From Okamejei kenojei (lineage: Eukaryota): a stretch of DNA of 64,000 nt. Every line of letters begins with the position of its first letter. Positions within the stretch are counted from its first letter, which is position 1. Both the position numbers and the translations under genes were made by a program. This document shows, piece after piece, positions 14,024 through 26,001 of the stretch. Below the pieces are notes generated by a model, which was not told the DNA's origin, made no database searches, and saw only the letters and a list, made by a program, of their open reading frames with translations. The stretch lies in contig CM069153.1 in NCBI GenBank assembly GCA_035221665.1, positions 33,914,001 through 33,978,000 on the forward strand. Reading direction: 5' to 3'.

Positions 14024-14175
14024 AAGCACAGTGTAAACCTTATTATTCTGATTATTCTCCTGCTCGCCTTTTCATCCACAAAATGTGCACAAGTCATTAC
14101 TTGGATTTGTTCATCACTGTTGTGATTGGGCTGAACGTAATCACCATGGCAATGGAACATTATCAGCAGCCAAAG
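14024..14175 (+). CDS. CACNA1G: Cav3.1 exon (human exon 27 equivalent): end of III-IV linker and IVS1
   Basis: Acceptor tttag| and donor AAG|gtaagt. Phase 1 start. Translates (E)[50 protein letters not shown]; [11 protein letters not shown] is Cav3.1-type. Confidence 0.95.
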
Positions 14176-14646
14176 GTAAGTGAGAAAGTTTTCTTATCAA
14201 ACCAGAAGCAGAAAAATTACATTTATCACAGTTCTGAAACTGATCACACCAACTACTTTTAAATTAGGAACTGGCAGGAGATGTACCGGCAACCAGAATG
14301 AACAAATTGAAACTTATCAAGACTTTTTCAGATCTAAAAAGTCTGAAATGTCATGTAGTGGTTACTTGCTTCAAGAAGTCTGTGGATAATCCACCCAAAT
14401 GTTATGGAATGTAATGGTACAATTGTATAGGACTATGCCAATAACTTCTGGCAAGATGACCACTGACATGAGTATGATAGTGTCTATAGCAAAAGTGAGA
14501 CTTCCACATCCACAGGAAGGTGCTAAAAGGTTAAGAGTAAATTAATGAGGAGATGAAGAAGAGGATTACTGTTTTTTGTTGAATATCTACATTGCATCTG
14601 TTTTGTTAACTGAGGCTCTCCCGTAGAAAACGAATACACTTCTTGT

Positions 14647-14741
14647 GTACACAAAAGGCTGGAGAAACTCAGCGGGTGCAGCAGCATCAAAGGAGCGAAG
14701 GAGATAGGCGACGTTTCGGGTCGAGACCCTTCTTCAGACTG
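14647..14741 (-). mobile_element. Short Penelope-type terminal repeat with hammerhead-like core
   Basis: Minus strand reads CTGAAGA-A-GGGTC-TC-GACCC-GAAA-CGTC. Nearly identical to the copies at 19786 and 48305. Confidence 0.7.
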
Positions 14742-14857
14742 AGAATTCAGGAGATGGAGGAGGTTAATAATCAGTATCCAGAAGACACGAATTAAAAGTG
14801 ATTACTTAAAAAATAAATAAAGGCAGCTGGAGTAATGTATTTTTGGGTCAGTGTAAG

Positions 14858-14995
14858 TTGTTATAAGGTCATAAGTAATAGGAACAGAATTAGGCCATTT
14901 GACCCATCAATTCTTCTCTGCCATTCAATCATGACTGATCTATCTGTCCCTCCTAACCCCATTCTCCTGCCTTCTCCCCATAACCCCTGACATCC
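14858..14995 (-). mobile_element. CR1 3' tail fragment
   Basis: The reverse complement resembles the 3' UTR of the 55612 CR1 copy (gttatggggagaaggcagg...gatcagtcatgattgaatggc...aatggcctaattctgttcctat). Confidence 0.7.
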
Positions 14996-15290
14996 TTTCA
15001 GATTGTGATGCACTACCTGAAAGGCCGTCCGGGTAGATTCAATAATAATTTTCAAATGAGGTATAGATTAAAATATTCCCTTTATTGAATAGGACCATTG
15101 CATATCTCTACCAAAGAGTCAGAGTTATCACAAGCATACCGGGTCAAATGATTGCTTTTATCCTGCATCATTCATTCATTTTAAATCAAGTGTCAATTTA
15201 CATATATATAAAATATATACACACAGATGGACAAATCTATAATAGTTGTAATATAATCATTTTTGTTTAATCTTGATCTCTAATTTTTAG

Positions 15291-15400
15291 ATCCTTGATG
15301 AGGCGCTTAAGATCTGTAACTACATCTTCACGATTATCTTTGTCCTGGAGTCTGTATCCAAATTAGTGGCCTTTGGTTTCCGCCGGTTCTTCAAGGATAG
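15291..15400 (+). CDS. CACNA1G: Cav3.1 exon (exon 28 equivalent): IVS2
   Basis: ttttag| ... AG|gtaaag. [36 protein letters not shown](R); 110 nt, in frame with neighbours. Confidence 0.96.
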
Positions 15401-16007
15401 GTAAAGCACCGATAAAACGTGGGGAGTAATGATATTGTATCCATGGTTTGGGACACTCTGCACCAGTTTACAAGAAAATGTGAAGCATGTTGTGTGTTGT
15501 CTATAACTAACACATGATTTTCACATCACCATGGGGCCAAATCATAGAATGTCTCAAACCAACATTAATGGTGTGACTACAGCCTCAAAATAGGATGCCC
15601 ATTAACACCTTGCTTTGTTCTCTGCCACAGTATCAGAGGCCCATTTTTGGGCAACAGATAGACCTGCGTCAGTCAAGTAATCTTTTTTTTTTCCAGAGGC
15701 AGTCCTTGGGTATTAAGGGTGACTGGGGTAGCTAGTAAAACCAACGTGGAAACTGCAGACTCTACCACAGATGGGGCAGATATTACCTAATGGGGTGGGT
15801 GGATAGGTGTATTGAAACATAAACAGGTTTTGAAGGATTCTCATTAATGACTGAAGAAAGAACATTTTGAAGAGTACAAACAACTATATTTATCAAAGCA
15901 AAAAACAGGAAACATTAATCAAGTAACAATTCTCACATCCCTCTACACATGCGAGACTCCTGTCTGCAATGGCTGGCCTGGAGACCTTGAGAGCCCGTGG
16001 TGCGTGC

Positions 16008-16012
<5 letters not shown>

Positions 16013-16062
<50 letters not shown>

Positions 16063-16122
16063 CTCTCCCCCTCTCCACCCCCTTCCCCCCCCCCCCTCTC
16101 TCTCTCCCTCTCTCTCCCCCTC
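16013..16122. repeat. (CT)n microsatellite plus C/T tract
   Basis: About 23 CT units followed by poly-C and CT runs. Confidence 0.95.
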
Positions 16123-17118
16123 TCGGAGTGAAGTTCCTAACAGTTCGGTTAAAGCATACACTTACAGTATATAATACAATAGTTACCCTAATCTAAGAAC
16201 AACGGATGGCTATGTTTTTAAACTAGCAATCCTCCTTAGTGCCAAAAACGTGAGTTATTTGTTGTAACAGATGCTGAGCTAGGATGTCTCTGAGAGGCAA
16301 ACAATTATCTCAATTATCTAGCAGGTGGCCTCATGATTTTACTGGTCCTTCTAAGATAGCCTAAGCCACCTCCCAAGACATCTAATTGTTTTCCTAGCTC
16401 AGGCAAGGCATGTGGTGCTGTTAAATTAGCTGACAACTACATTTTAGGTGAAACTGTCTATTTAACCCTTTTGTTACATTCCACCCCTTGGAGTTGTCAG
16501 TCCATCTAACTTCGTTACTGAGTATATGTCGAATCAAAATAGTCGAAGGTTCAGTACAAATCCTTCAAAATTCCCGTCAGTCACAGAAAAATATAATTAT
16601 ATTCCAGAAGATTGATATTTTTTCTGTGCTGATCTTCACTCTGCACGATTTTGTCTTGGATTAGTCATCTGGTACAGTTGCCAGAACAGTCACAAACATG
16701 TCCCACGGTTTAACATCCATGGTTTATACCATCCTAGTATACACAAATGCAAGCGTTTTTGCTTATTGCAGATCAATGACTATGATTGAGTGGCCTTGGC
16801 TCTGATTGCCGTAGGATGAACAATTTCCCATTAGTTCTGAACACTAATTCCACTCCATAGGTGTTTTGCTGGAGGTGAAGCACAGCACTGCAGCGAAAAA
16901 TGTTGATGAATTGCAGCAATGACACTGATGCAGCCTTATTTCACTCTCATGCTATTTCATACTATTGTGAAGCAAACAGCAGATAAAGGCAAATTCTGTG
17001 AGTAGCCAAATTTGAAGAGAACACCCCAAAGTCCCTCCCAGTTAATGATCAAAGGCCTTCATGAGATTGACTAAGGCCATGTAGCTGACTGCCCATTGGG
17101 AGGGGTAATTCCGAAGGA

Positions 17119-17249
17119 ATGTGTAAGAAGGAACTGCAGATGCTGGTTTAAACCGAAGATAGACACAAAAATCTGGAGTAACTCAGCGGGACAGGCAGCA
17201 TCTCTGGAGAGAAGGAATGGGTAACGTTTTGGGTCGAGACCCTTCTTCA
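17119..17249 (-). mobile_element. Short Penelope-type terminal repeat with probable TSD
   Basis: AAGGAACTGCAGATGCTGG...GGGTCGAGACCCTTCTTCA, flanked by taattccgaagga and taactcagaagga (11/13 match). Confidence 0.68.
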
Positions 17250-17336
17250 TAACTCAGAAGGACACTGGTGAATTGGTGGATTAATGAACATTTCCTATAA
17301 TTTAGAATTCAATTCATTCAGAATTCAACCAGGCAC

Positions 17337-17469
17337 TTCTTCTTCTTGCATATGGCGTGCACAGCCGAAAGTTGTAGGACAACTTGTTCTATTTGATCTT
17401 ACTTGATTGTGCATGCCAGGTTGATTGCATTAGTCGAAACAGGGTGGACCACGTGAAGGTTGCAATCTC
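17337..17469 (-). mobile_element. 133-bp retroposed insert with (AAG)n tail and 8-bp TSD
   Basis: CCAGGCAC at 17329-17336 and 17470-17477; the minus strand ends GCAAGAAGAAGAA. Confidence 0.6.
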
Positions 17470-18134
17470 CCAGGCACCATTCACCATGAATTGGCTTTTA
17501 CACAAGTTACTTACTATATTTAAATATTGCTATATTAAATAGCATCCTCCAAACCTATAACCTCTCCCCAAGAAGGACGAGTAGTAAGCACATTGTATTA
17601 TCACCGTGTTTAAGTTCTCTTCAAAGTTACATACCACCCTGATCTACAAACATATGGCCATTCCTTTATCATCTGTCTAAATACTAGAACCCAATGCCAG
17701 CACTAGAATTCATCACCATCTTTTCAAGGACAAGTAAGAATGGATTACTGGAATTAAGAAATTATCACTTCAATCACCAAGGTACAAACAGCTATGCACC
17801 AAATGCAAGTAAATGGGATTACTATAGAGAGGAACAATAGGTGGCATAGTCACAAACATGTCTATGTTTGAGGATCAAAGGGTTGATTTTGTTCTCTACG
17901 ACTCCAATGGACAATAAATGCTGGCTCTCCCAGTAACATCTGCACTCAGTAAAAGATTATAAAAAAGTCACAAGGTGCAACAAAACCATAAAGCTTTTAC
18001 ATAAGAATTGAATAAATGAAATTAAAACAGAATGTATCCTTTCTTTTAAGTGTATTTCTCTACATTTATAGCATATGTTAACTTTGACTCTGCTGCTGTG
18101 GTTTGCATTTAATTTCTCCTTTTGATTTAATCAG

Positions 18135-18268
18135 ATGGAACCAGCTGGACTTAGCTATTGTATTGTTATCCATTATGGGAATTACCCTTGAAGAGATTGA
18201 GGTGAATGCTTCTCTGCCAATCAATCCCACTATTATTAGAATCATGAGAGTACTCCGGATTGCTAGAG
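18135..18268 (+). CDS. CACNA1G: Cav3.1 exon (exon 29 equivalent): IVS3 and IVS4 voltage sensor
   Basis: tcag| ... G|gtcagt. [44 protein letters not shown], with R at every third position in S4. Confidence 0.97.
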
Positions 18269-18559
18269 GTCAGTGAATGTAAAATATTATTCACAAAGGT
18301 ATATTTAAAATTGGAAAAGTGGAATGCATGCCCCCTTTTGTAGAGTTACCCCCAACTACCTCTATAACATTGATTGATAGTACATGTGTTTTTAATGCCG
18401 GGTGAGATAAGAACCAGAGGGCCAGGTTTTCTGCAGCAATGACTGTTGACCGAGAATGCTATGCATGAACGTTTGGTGAAGTCAGATTCAACAATATCTT
18501 CTGAAAGAAAATTAGATGTACTTTCAAAAAGAGTAAGTTAACAGAATAACAGATAAAAG

Positions 18560-18800
18560 AATGAACTTGATTGAGCTTTTTGAGGTAAAGTTGAAGGAGA
18601 TTAATGAGAATAGGGCAGTGGATGTTGTCTACATGGATTTTAGTAAGGTATTTGAGAGTCTCTCATGGGGTAGGCTGATTCAGAAAATTAAGATACACGG
18701 GATACACAGTGATTTGGTAGTTTAGATTCAGAACTGGCTTACCCATAGAAGAAAGAGGATTGTAGTGGAAGAGTGCTATTCTGACAGGAAGCTTGAAAGC
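18560..18800 (+). mobile_element. CR1 LINE internal RT fragment
   Basis: gcagtggatgttgtctacatggattttagtaaggtatttga encodes AVDVVYMDFSKVF, the CR1 RT 'DFSKAFD' motif. Confidence 0.75.
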
Positions 18801-19224
18801 ATGTGCCTCACATCAGGAACAGCTTCTTCTCCTCTGTTATCAGACTACTGAACAGTTCACTAATAAGCTGGGGTGTAGTCCCGATTCTTTCACACATTGA
18901 TCAAATTTCAAGGGAGAAAAGCATAAACTATGCAATCTTTCACTGTGATAAACCTTCTCAGGTGAACTTGTGGTCCACCCCTACTAAGATCAATGTAACC
19001 CTCCTGAGGTGTGAAGCCCAGATATGAATGAGGAATCCAGACGGTGGAAAGCTCTGTACATGTACCTATTATTTCCTTATTCTGTTCAAGAACCATTGGG
19101 AGAAGTAAATGAGCTAGGATTTTCCCTGAACATTATTAGACAATCCAAGGTCTAGTAGTCAAAAAACATCTGAAATCTGATTGTTTCTCTGGCATTTATA
19201 ATCTTTGCTTATGTCCTCAAAAAG

Positions 19225-19295
19225 TCCTCAAGCTCCTGAAGATGGCAGTCGGAATGAGAGCCTTGCTGAACACAGTAATCCAGGCTCTACCACAG
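19225..19295 (+). CDS. CACNA1G: Cav3.1 exon (exon 30 equivalent): end of IVS4 and S4-S5 linker
   Basis: aaaag| ... CAG|gtgagc. (V)LKLLKMAVGMRALLNTVIQALPQ; 71 nt; MAVG is Cav3.1-type. Confidence 0.95.
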
Positions 19296-19785
19296 GTGAG
19301 CACCTTTGCTAATTTTTTATATTAATAGCAATGGCATCAGCGGGTCTTCTGCGCTGAATCAGGTGTTATCTATACTGCCCTACTTTGACAAAAGGAAGCA
19401 ACTGACAGAAAGGCGTTTTCTTGTAATTGAGGAAAATGTGTTTTTCTTTCAGCTCTCTGTGATGGAATTTCTTACTTCTCTGCTATAAATATTTTCAAAT
19501 TGTACTCGGAGAAGACTTATTTTGTTCACCATTGTGTAGAGCATATCTCAAGTACCTTAAAACAAGCAATAACTCAATTTTGACAAAATTGTCAGTTGCT
19601 TCCTTGGGTCAAATTAGGGGCAGTATAGGTCTACGCTTTGCTAGGCTGACACCAGGTAATGTTTTCTTATTTTATAGTCTATGTGTAAGAACCTTTTCAG
19701 GTCAAAAACTCAATGTTGTTACAATGCCACAGGAAAAGTTTCCTAATGCAATGCTACCATCCCTACCTGCTCTCCCATCACATGA

Positions 19786-19874
19786 GGGTACACAAAAAGC
19801 TGGAGAAACTCAGCGGGTGCAGCAGCATCTAAGGAGCGAAGGAGATAGGCGACGTTTCGGGTCGAGACCCTTCT
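19786..19874 (-). mobile_element. Short Penelope-type terminal repeat, truncated within the core
   Basis: Near-identical to the 14647 and 48305 copies but stops before CTGA. Confidence 0.7.
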
Positions 19875-22800
19875 CCCATCACATGATCCAGCTCCACTGA
19901 CAGACCCTGCTTCTCAGTCAGAAAGCCTGCCATTCCAGCAACACACTGCAGTCTGGAACATGCATCTGTTGGTCCTTCAATGCAATGCTTTTGAAAGTGC
20001 AACAATGTCAGTAATGATAATCTTTCTGGAAGATGTTAGACCATGTTTTGCCTATTATGGTAGTTAAGTAGGAACAAGAAAAATAACAAATTTAGCAATA
20101 TTCACCTCCACTCAGCTATCTTGGGCATTAACATTAATTATCAGCTTGAAATATCAGCATGGAGCTTGAGGGCTGTATTGAGGTGAATATTCCTTTCTTG
20201 GTCTTTTTTTCCAGATACTCAAGGTATGCACAGGGTCCTAATCCTTCATGCTGACTTTTCACATAAGCACTCTGGTTAATATCCAGAGTTAACACTTAAG
20301 GGTAGAAATTGAGCTAAGTTTCAATAAGAAAACCAGTCTGGGAGCCACTACTAATGATTCAATGATACTTTATTGTCACATGTACCAAGGTACAGTGAAA
20401 TGCTTTGTTCTGCATACAACCCGGCAAAATTGTACAGCAGACCTCACCTAAGCAGTGCACAAGTGTTGCCTTATGTCTGGCACTGACAAAGTTACAAATG
20501 TTCACCAAACAGACCTACTGTATCTACTGCCTGCCGCTGCACTTTCATGTCCCCACATAAATCTGCTCCCTCACCACTCTGCTAGAGGGATGCTAGCAAT
20601 ATTGTGCTTGCTTCAGGCTCAATTTAAAGTCTCGCCTCTCTTGCCTTCAAAGACATAAACATTTAAACCATTCTCAATATGCCAGTTACTCGGAGGACAT
20701 CTGCCGGAGGCTTGTAAAGTAGATCTGAATTTTCTCTGGACTATTTGTAACAATGGATCTTAATCCTCTTGTTTCAGAAGAGAAACTTTATGATGATTGT
20801 ATGATATGTGTCATTGCTCAACCAGTCATCTGAAGTGCTGTTGAACATGAGATTGATATATCCATACAGATGACAAGTTCACTGAATGATAGTTTGAGAT
20901 CCGAATTAATTTTACTAAGAGCCCACCACAGTCATTGGAAAGATAAAGCTTTAATAAAATTTGAACTGAGATTAAAGCTTGTCTTGACAGTGTTCTGATG
21001 CAATTTGATTCTGGTATCTTTACAAGAGAAGTACCTTCATTCTCTTCTGAGCCCCATTGCCAGAATTGAAATGACAGCAGGACAGAAATTGAACTAAATG
21101 GCATTTTCTGACGCTACATGACTCAATTTTTTTCTCCCCAGGTTAATTTCCGAGAGATTTCATGGTCAAATCAAGTCACACTTGAAATTTGACGGGGGAC
21201 TTTATTTTTGCACGGAAGATGGATTTCCACTTTGGGCATGCACATTGTCTGTTATCTCCTTCTTTAGTAATTATTCCAAGAAATTCTAAAGCACCTCTGC
21301 AGTTGGTCAATCTTGGCCTTAAAGCTCTATTCCCTGAGCAGGCCACTGCCAAATGCTGTGAATGCGTCTTGGGCAGGTTGATGGGTTCTTCTTTGTTATC
21401 TCCTTACACTTGACTCACCGATCACTGCTTAACTTGGAGCCTTTTCTCCAGCTAACCAATTTCCCCAATTCCACACCCACTTATTATTTACTGATTGCAA
21501 ACTATTGATTAGCCTCTGACTCACCAAATAACAGGGTCAGATTCTATCCCTCAAAAGGTGATCTACATCAGCTGCCCATTCACCCCAGTCTCCCCTCCAA
21601 TCCCTCGCCCTCCCAACCATCCCTGGGCACCCACTCCATTGCCACTTCCTGGATCTGGACTTGGTCTCAATCATATCTGCTTTCCTAAATTTTGAAACAT
21701 GCATCAGCATGCAGAGAGAGATTACTGCAAGTGGTGAATGCTATTCAGCAATTATTATCTTTAGTTTTGGAAGTATATATAGTTCATAAATTGGAAATTT
21801 GCAGCATATTCGGAATAATTGTTTTGTAATTAGAAAGTTATACAAATGTTCTCCAATTAAAAAATAATAAGCTCCTGTAAGCAATGCAAAGCCCGAGATT
21901 TGCATTTCAGTTTACTGGGGAGAATTGTAGCAATCAAACAATCTTGTCAAAAGCAGAATCATAATTTTAAATGATTCTCCTTATTCCTTTCCTCCAAAAT
22001 GTAGAATCCATTATATCTTTGGAAATGGCTCTCTTATCACTGGGAATATTCAGATATGAACATTCTAACTGACTAAGAACTGGCATTGTATTTTTATAGT
22101 AGGAATAACATTTTGCATGATACTCTTTTAGAGAGCTTGCCTTATGAATCATTCTCTAGGACTAAAGTATACAAACCTGGGAATTTTAGGACCCCTAATG
22201 AAGCCCATCAAGGTTTCAGTCATTGGCTTTCTGCTTGAAAGGTACAACAATTTAAGAATTAAAAATGTGCTTGTAGGTTCTCTTTTCCTGGGGCTGCACA
22301 TAAGAGATTGGTGGTCACTGGCACAATTGAGCTGTGTCCTAGGAAGGGATTAGGAGAAAATTGGCACTTGGTGTTAGTAGGAACTGTATTTGGGATTAGA
22401 ATTGGTAGTACATCGGAGAGGGGTGAGTATATAAACTGATCTTGTCTTTTTGATGGAGAGGTTGGGAGTCAGAGATGCAAAAGGTTAACGAGCCAACAGT
22501 GTTTTATTGTCATATGTCCCGAAATGGAATACTGAAATTCTTAGTTGCAGCAGCACAACTGGTATGTAAACACAAAGATAAATGATTTAATGACCTGAAG
22601 ATATCCCAATTAGTCAGTGTGCAGGTAAGCCCTTGGGAGTGTGTAGAACAGGTACTGCTAGGGCAGTATGGTACCAATTCCCCTTCAATGATTCTTAAGA
22701 AGCATTGAACGTGGAATGACTTTGCCCTGTATGCCCACGGCATGGACATTTCCTCAAGGTTACACGGGTAACACATGCTGGAACATGCCCTGCGTGACAC

Positions 22801-23025
22801 AAAATAACCAATGGTTATTATTGCCTTTCAATTTTCAATTTGTTCAAATTTCAGCATTTTTCAATTTAATATCTAACTAACAGACTTTTAATATCCATGA
22901 TTGATCGACCAAAGTAACAAGTTGTTGATTAATGATAGTCTCTATATTTCTATATGTCTGTGACATTCTGATCAAAGATGTCTATTTTCTGCATCTTCTG
23001 TTTTAAGCAAAAATAAAATGAAATC

Positions 23026-23079
23026 TTGCATTTTGATAAAATATCTCACATGTTGCATTTTGATAAAATATCTCACATG
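23026..23079. repeat. Perfect 27-bp tandem duplication
   Basis: TTGCATTTTGATAAAATATCTCACATG occurs twice in tandem. Confidence 0.9.
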
Positions 23080-23621
23080 CTCAGGGTGCTGCAAAGTGTA
23101 GTCCCTGAAATACATTTGTTTAGTAGTCACTCTTCTATTTAAAGAAACATAGCATCATTTATACACACCAAGCTCCCAAAACGATGATACAAAAAACTGC
23201 AGATGCTCATTCATAAAAAAGGACAGAAAGTGCTGGAGTATCTCAATGGGTACAAAAAATCAAGACATAAAGAGTTGAGTAAAAAAAGACACAGTCCAGG
23301 ACTAAAAAAGACGTTCTATGCCATTCTCCAGAGATGCAGCCTGACCTGCTGAGTTATCCAGCACTTTGTGTCTTTTTTCCCAAAAATTACCATTTGATGG
23401 TGACTATGTAATCTGTTTCAATGATGATGACTGATGGATAAATATTGACCACTGCAACAAGGAAATATATCACTGCTCTTCTTTGAATAATGTTTGTGAT
23501 CTTTTACATCCACTGGTAAGGGGAGGTAGGAATCTCAAAATAATTTCTCAGAGAAAAGGGGAATTGATCGCCTTTTGCCCTGAAAAAAGCCAATCCTTCA
23601 TGGACTTTCTCTCTCTTACAG

Positions 23622-23700
23622 GTCGGAAATCTTGGCCTCTTGTTCATGCTGCTGTTTTTCATATTTGCAGCTCTTGGAGTTGAACTTTTCGGGGACCTAG
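23622..23700 (+). CDS. CACNA1G: Cav3.1 exon (exon 31 equivalent): IVS5
   Basis: ctcttacag| ... G|gtaaga. [26 protein letters not shown]; 79 nt. Confidence 0.97.
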
Positions 23701-24089
23701 GTAAGACACTGCATGCAGAAATACATCTATCTTGAGCTAATATTACATGTCACAGTTTGATATCCATCCCTACTGCCTGCCATTTTGTTTTTCATTTTAA
23801 TATCTCTCCTGCAACATGGTTAGAAAGGATGGCAACTATCACAGGGTGCAGATTTCTAAACATAAGTGCTAGAAAATCTGCAGATACATGTGTTCCCCTG
23901 GTCCCCACACACGCCACTCCACCTTGAGGTGGCTATCAACCCACTCAAAAGTTTTAGACTTCTAACCCTTGGGAGGGAGTGCTGAACTTCTACACTGTTC
24001 AAAGTTGTCATCAGAATATCTCAGCCATCATTTCCCCCTATTCTTTGATAATTATATAAATGTAATAATTTTTAATATCCTCATTTTAG

Positions 24090-24211
24090 AATGTGATATC
24101 GATCATCCCTGTGAGGGTTTGGGACGACATGCCACTTTCCGAAATTTTGGGATGGCGTTCCTCACCTTGTTCCGAGTATCAACTGGTGACAACTGGAATG
24201 GAATAATGAAG
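24090..24211 (+). CDS. CACNA1G: Cav3.1 exon (exon 32 equivalent): domain IV pore loop
   Basis: ttttag| ... AAG|gtgagg. (E)[40 protein letters not shown]; the Asp in TGDNW is the domain IV residue of the T-type EEDD filter. Confidence 0.97.
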
Positions 24212-25340
24212 GTGAGGTTTCTCCAACTCAGTAACACGACCTTGGGAAATGGTCAAAAGGGCAATTATATATTTCTACACACAACTTTAAGATTCCGTCT
24301 CAGCTGCAGACGTTTCAAATAAGCAGCACATTTCTAATCCAACAAAACAAATAAAGAAAAATCGCTCATAATTAAACAAATGTTCAAAATCCTCAGAATG
24401 TCTAATAATTTGTCTTCATTACTTTTGATTGAAGTCACGATTATATTTTAAGCAAAACCAGCAAATAACTTGCATGTATCTTAAAAATATTCAATGACAC
24501 AAACATCCAGGTAATCTATTTTGGTGAAAATACTGAGGTCACTCTGTAGATTTGGCAGAACCTACAATAAAAGTCAACATTTCAGGTCACTGTCTACTTA
24601 TCAGAACCGGAAGATATTAGAGAAGAACAAATTTAAGATCCTGACATTAACTTTCTTCCCATGTTAACTGATGTTAATTTCCTCATTTTTACCAATTATC
24701 TTTCAAGCACCTATCTTAATATTTGATTTGTCTAATGGTTCTGACATATGAAGCACGGCAACATATTTTCTACATATTCCATTCTCTTTCAAGTGTCATA
24801 ATTAATTAGAAATGAAAGATTTTGTTTCATGCATTGTTACCAGACAATCTTCTCTTGCCGGATATGGAATTTCTACAAAAGGGAAGAAATTAATTTTAGT
24901 TATTCGTCTTTGTATTTACGTCCAATCAATCAACTCTTTTCATAATCTTAATAGTTATTATTTTGTCTCCTCTAAAGCCATATCATTTCTTGTGGAAATA
25001 ATAATACTTTGTCATGAACTGGTTTCCCATTTTAAATGTCATTTTGGTGAAATTCTTGCTTAATGTTCCAATTGGTTATAATATCCTTATTATACTTGAG
25101 CACTATGTAACTTTTACCTTGCAAGGCGTTTTAGTTCTGCACTAAACTGGAAGTTAGCATTTTAATTGAGAAAATTGCGGAGTTGTGCTAAGGTACAGGG
25201 AGGAAAAGAAAAACATTAACATTCATCTTTACGCTTGGAGAAATTGTTTATTTACCTTGGTCTTATAATCATGCATTCACTGCCTTGATTCTCTCTATAG
25301 TAGCTTTGGTCTAAACTGCTGCTTTTCTCTTGCTTGGCAG

Positions 25341-25682
25341 GATACATTACGAGATTGTAACCAAGAGGGCACATGTTACAACACAGTCGTGTCTCCAATC
25401 TACTTTGTCTCATTCGTACTGACAGCTCAGTTTGTGTTGGTAAACGTCGTCATCGCGGTGCTGATGAAACATCTGGAGGAGAGCAATAAAGAGGCGAAAG
25501 AGGAAGCAGAACTTGACGCAGAGCTGGAACTAGAATTAAAAATGTTAAATACCAATCAAGGGAATATGGACAGTATTACTTGGGGAGGCAGTGAAGGGAG
25601 AGATGCAGGTGACAGTCCGGGAAGTCCGTCTGAGTCGCTCCAAATCAAAATGGATTCACCATTTTCTTTAGAACCACCACTG
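25341..25682 (+). CDS. CACNA1G: Cav3.1 exon (exon 33 equivalent): IVS6 and proximal C-terminus
   Basis: ttggcag| ... CTG|gtaaga. [65 protein letters not shown]...FSLEPPL; 342 nt. Confidence 0.96.
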
Positions 25683-26001
25683 GTAAGAAACAATATTTCA
25701 GTTTGACTGTTTATCATCAATATGCTTCTGATGGAAAATACATTGCGCTGTATTTTGTTTCTATGCAGAACAATAGACCTACATTTCTAAAATGTCTCTG
25801 GTCATCCAAAAAGGTTTCACAATTAGCACACTAATTTTGATATGATACGATGCAAAACAATAGAACTTTATTTATCCCAGGAGGGAAATTAATCTGCCAA
25901 CAGTCTTAAAATAAAAATGTATCTAGTGTCAAAAATGCAGCAGACAATTTCACCACAGCAATCTCCCACAACCTTCAACCATTAAAGTGGGTTATTTCAC
26001 C

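Noticed and set aside
15893-16196. ER/SL-repeat ORFs
   Set aside because: They are translations of the (CT)n microsatellite.
23969-24322. Stand-alone 117-aa gene
   Set aside because: Only 24090-24211 is coding (a channel exon); the flanks are intron read-through. The same applies to ORFs 25389..25706 and 37171..37404.
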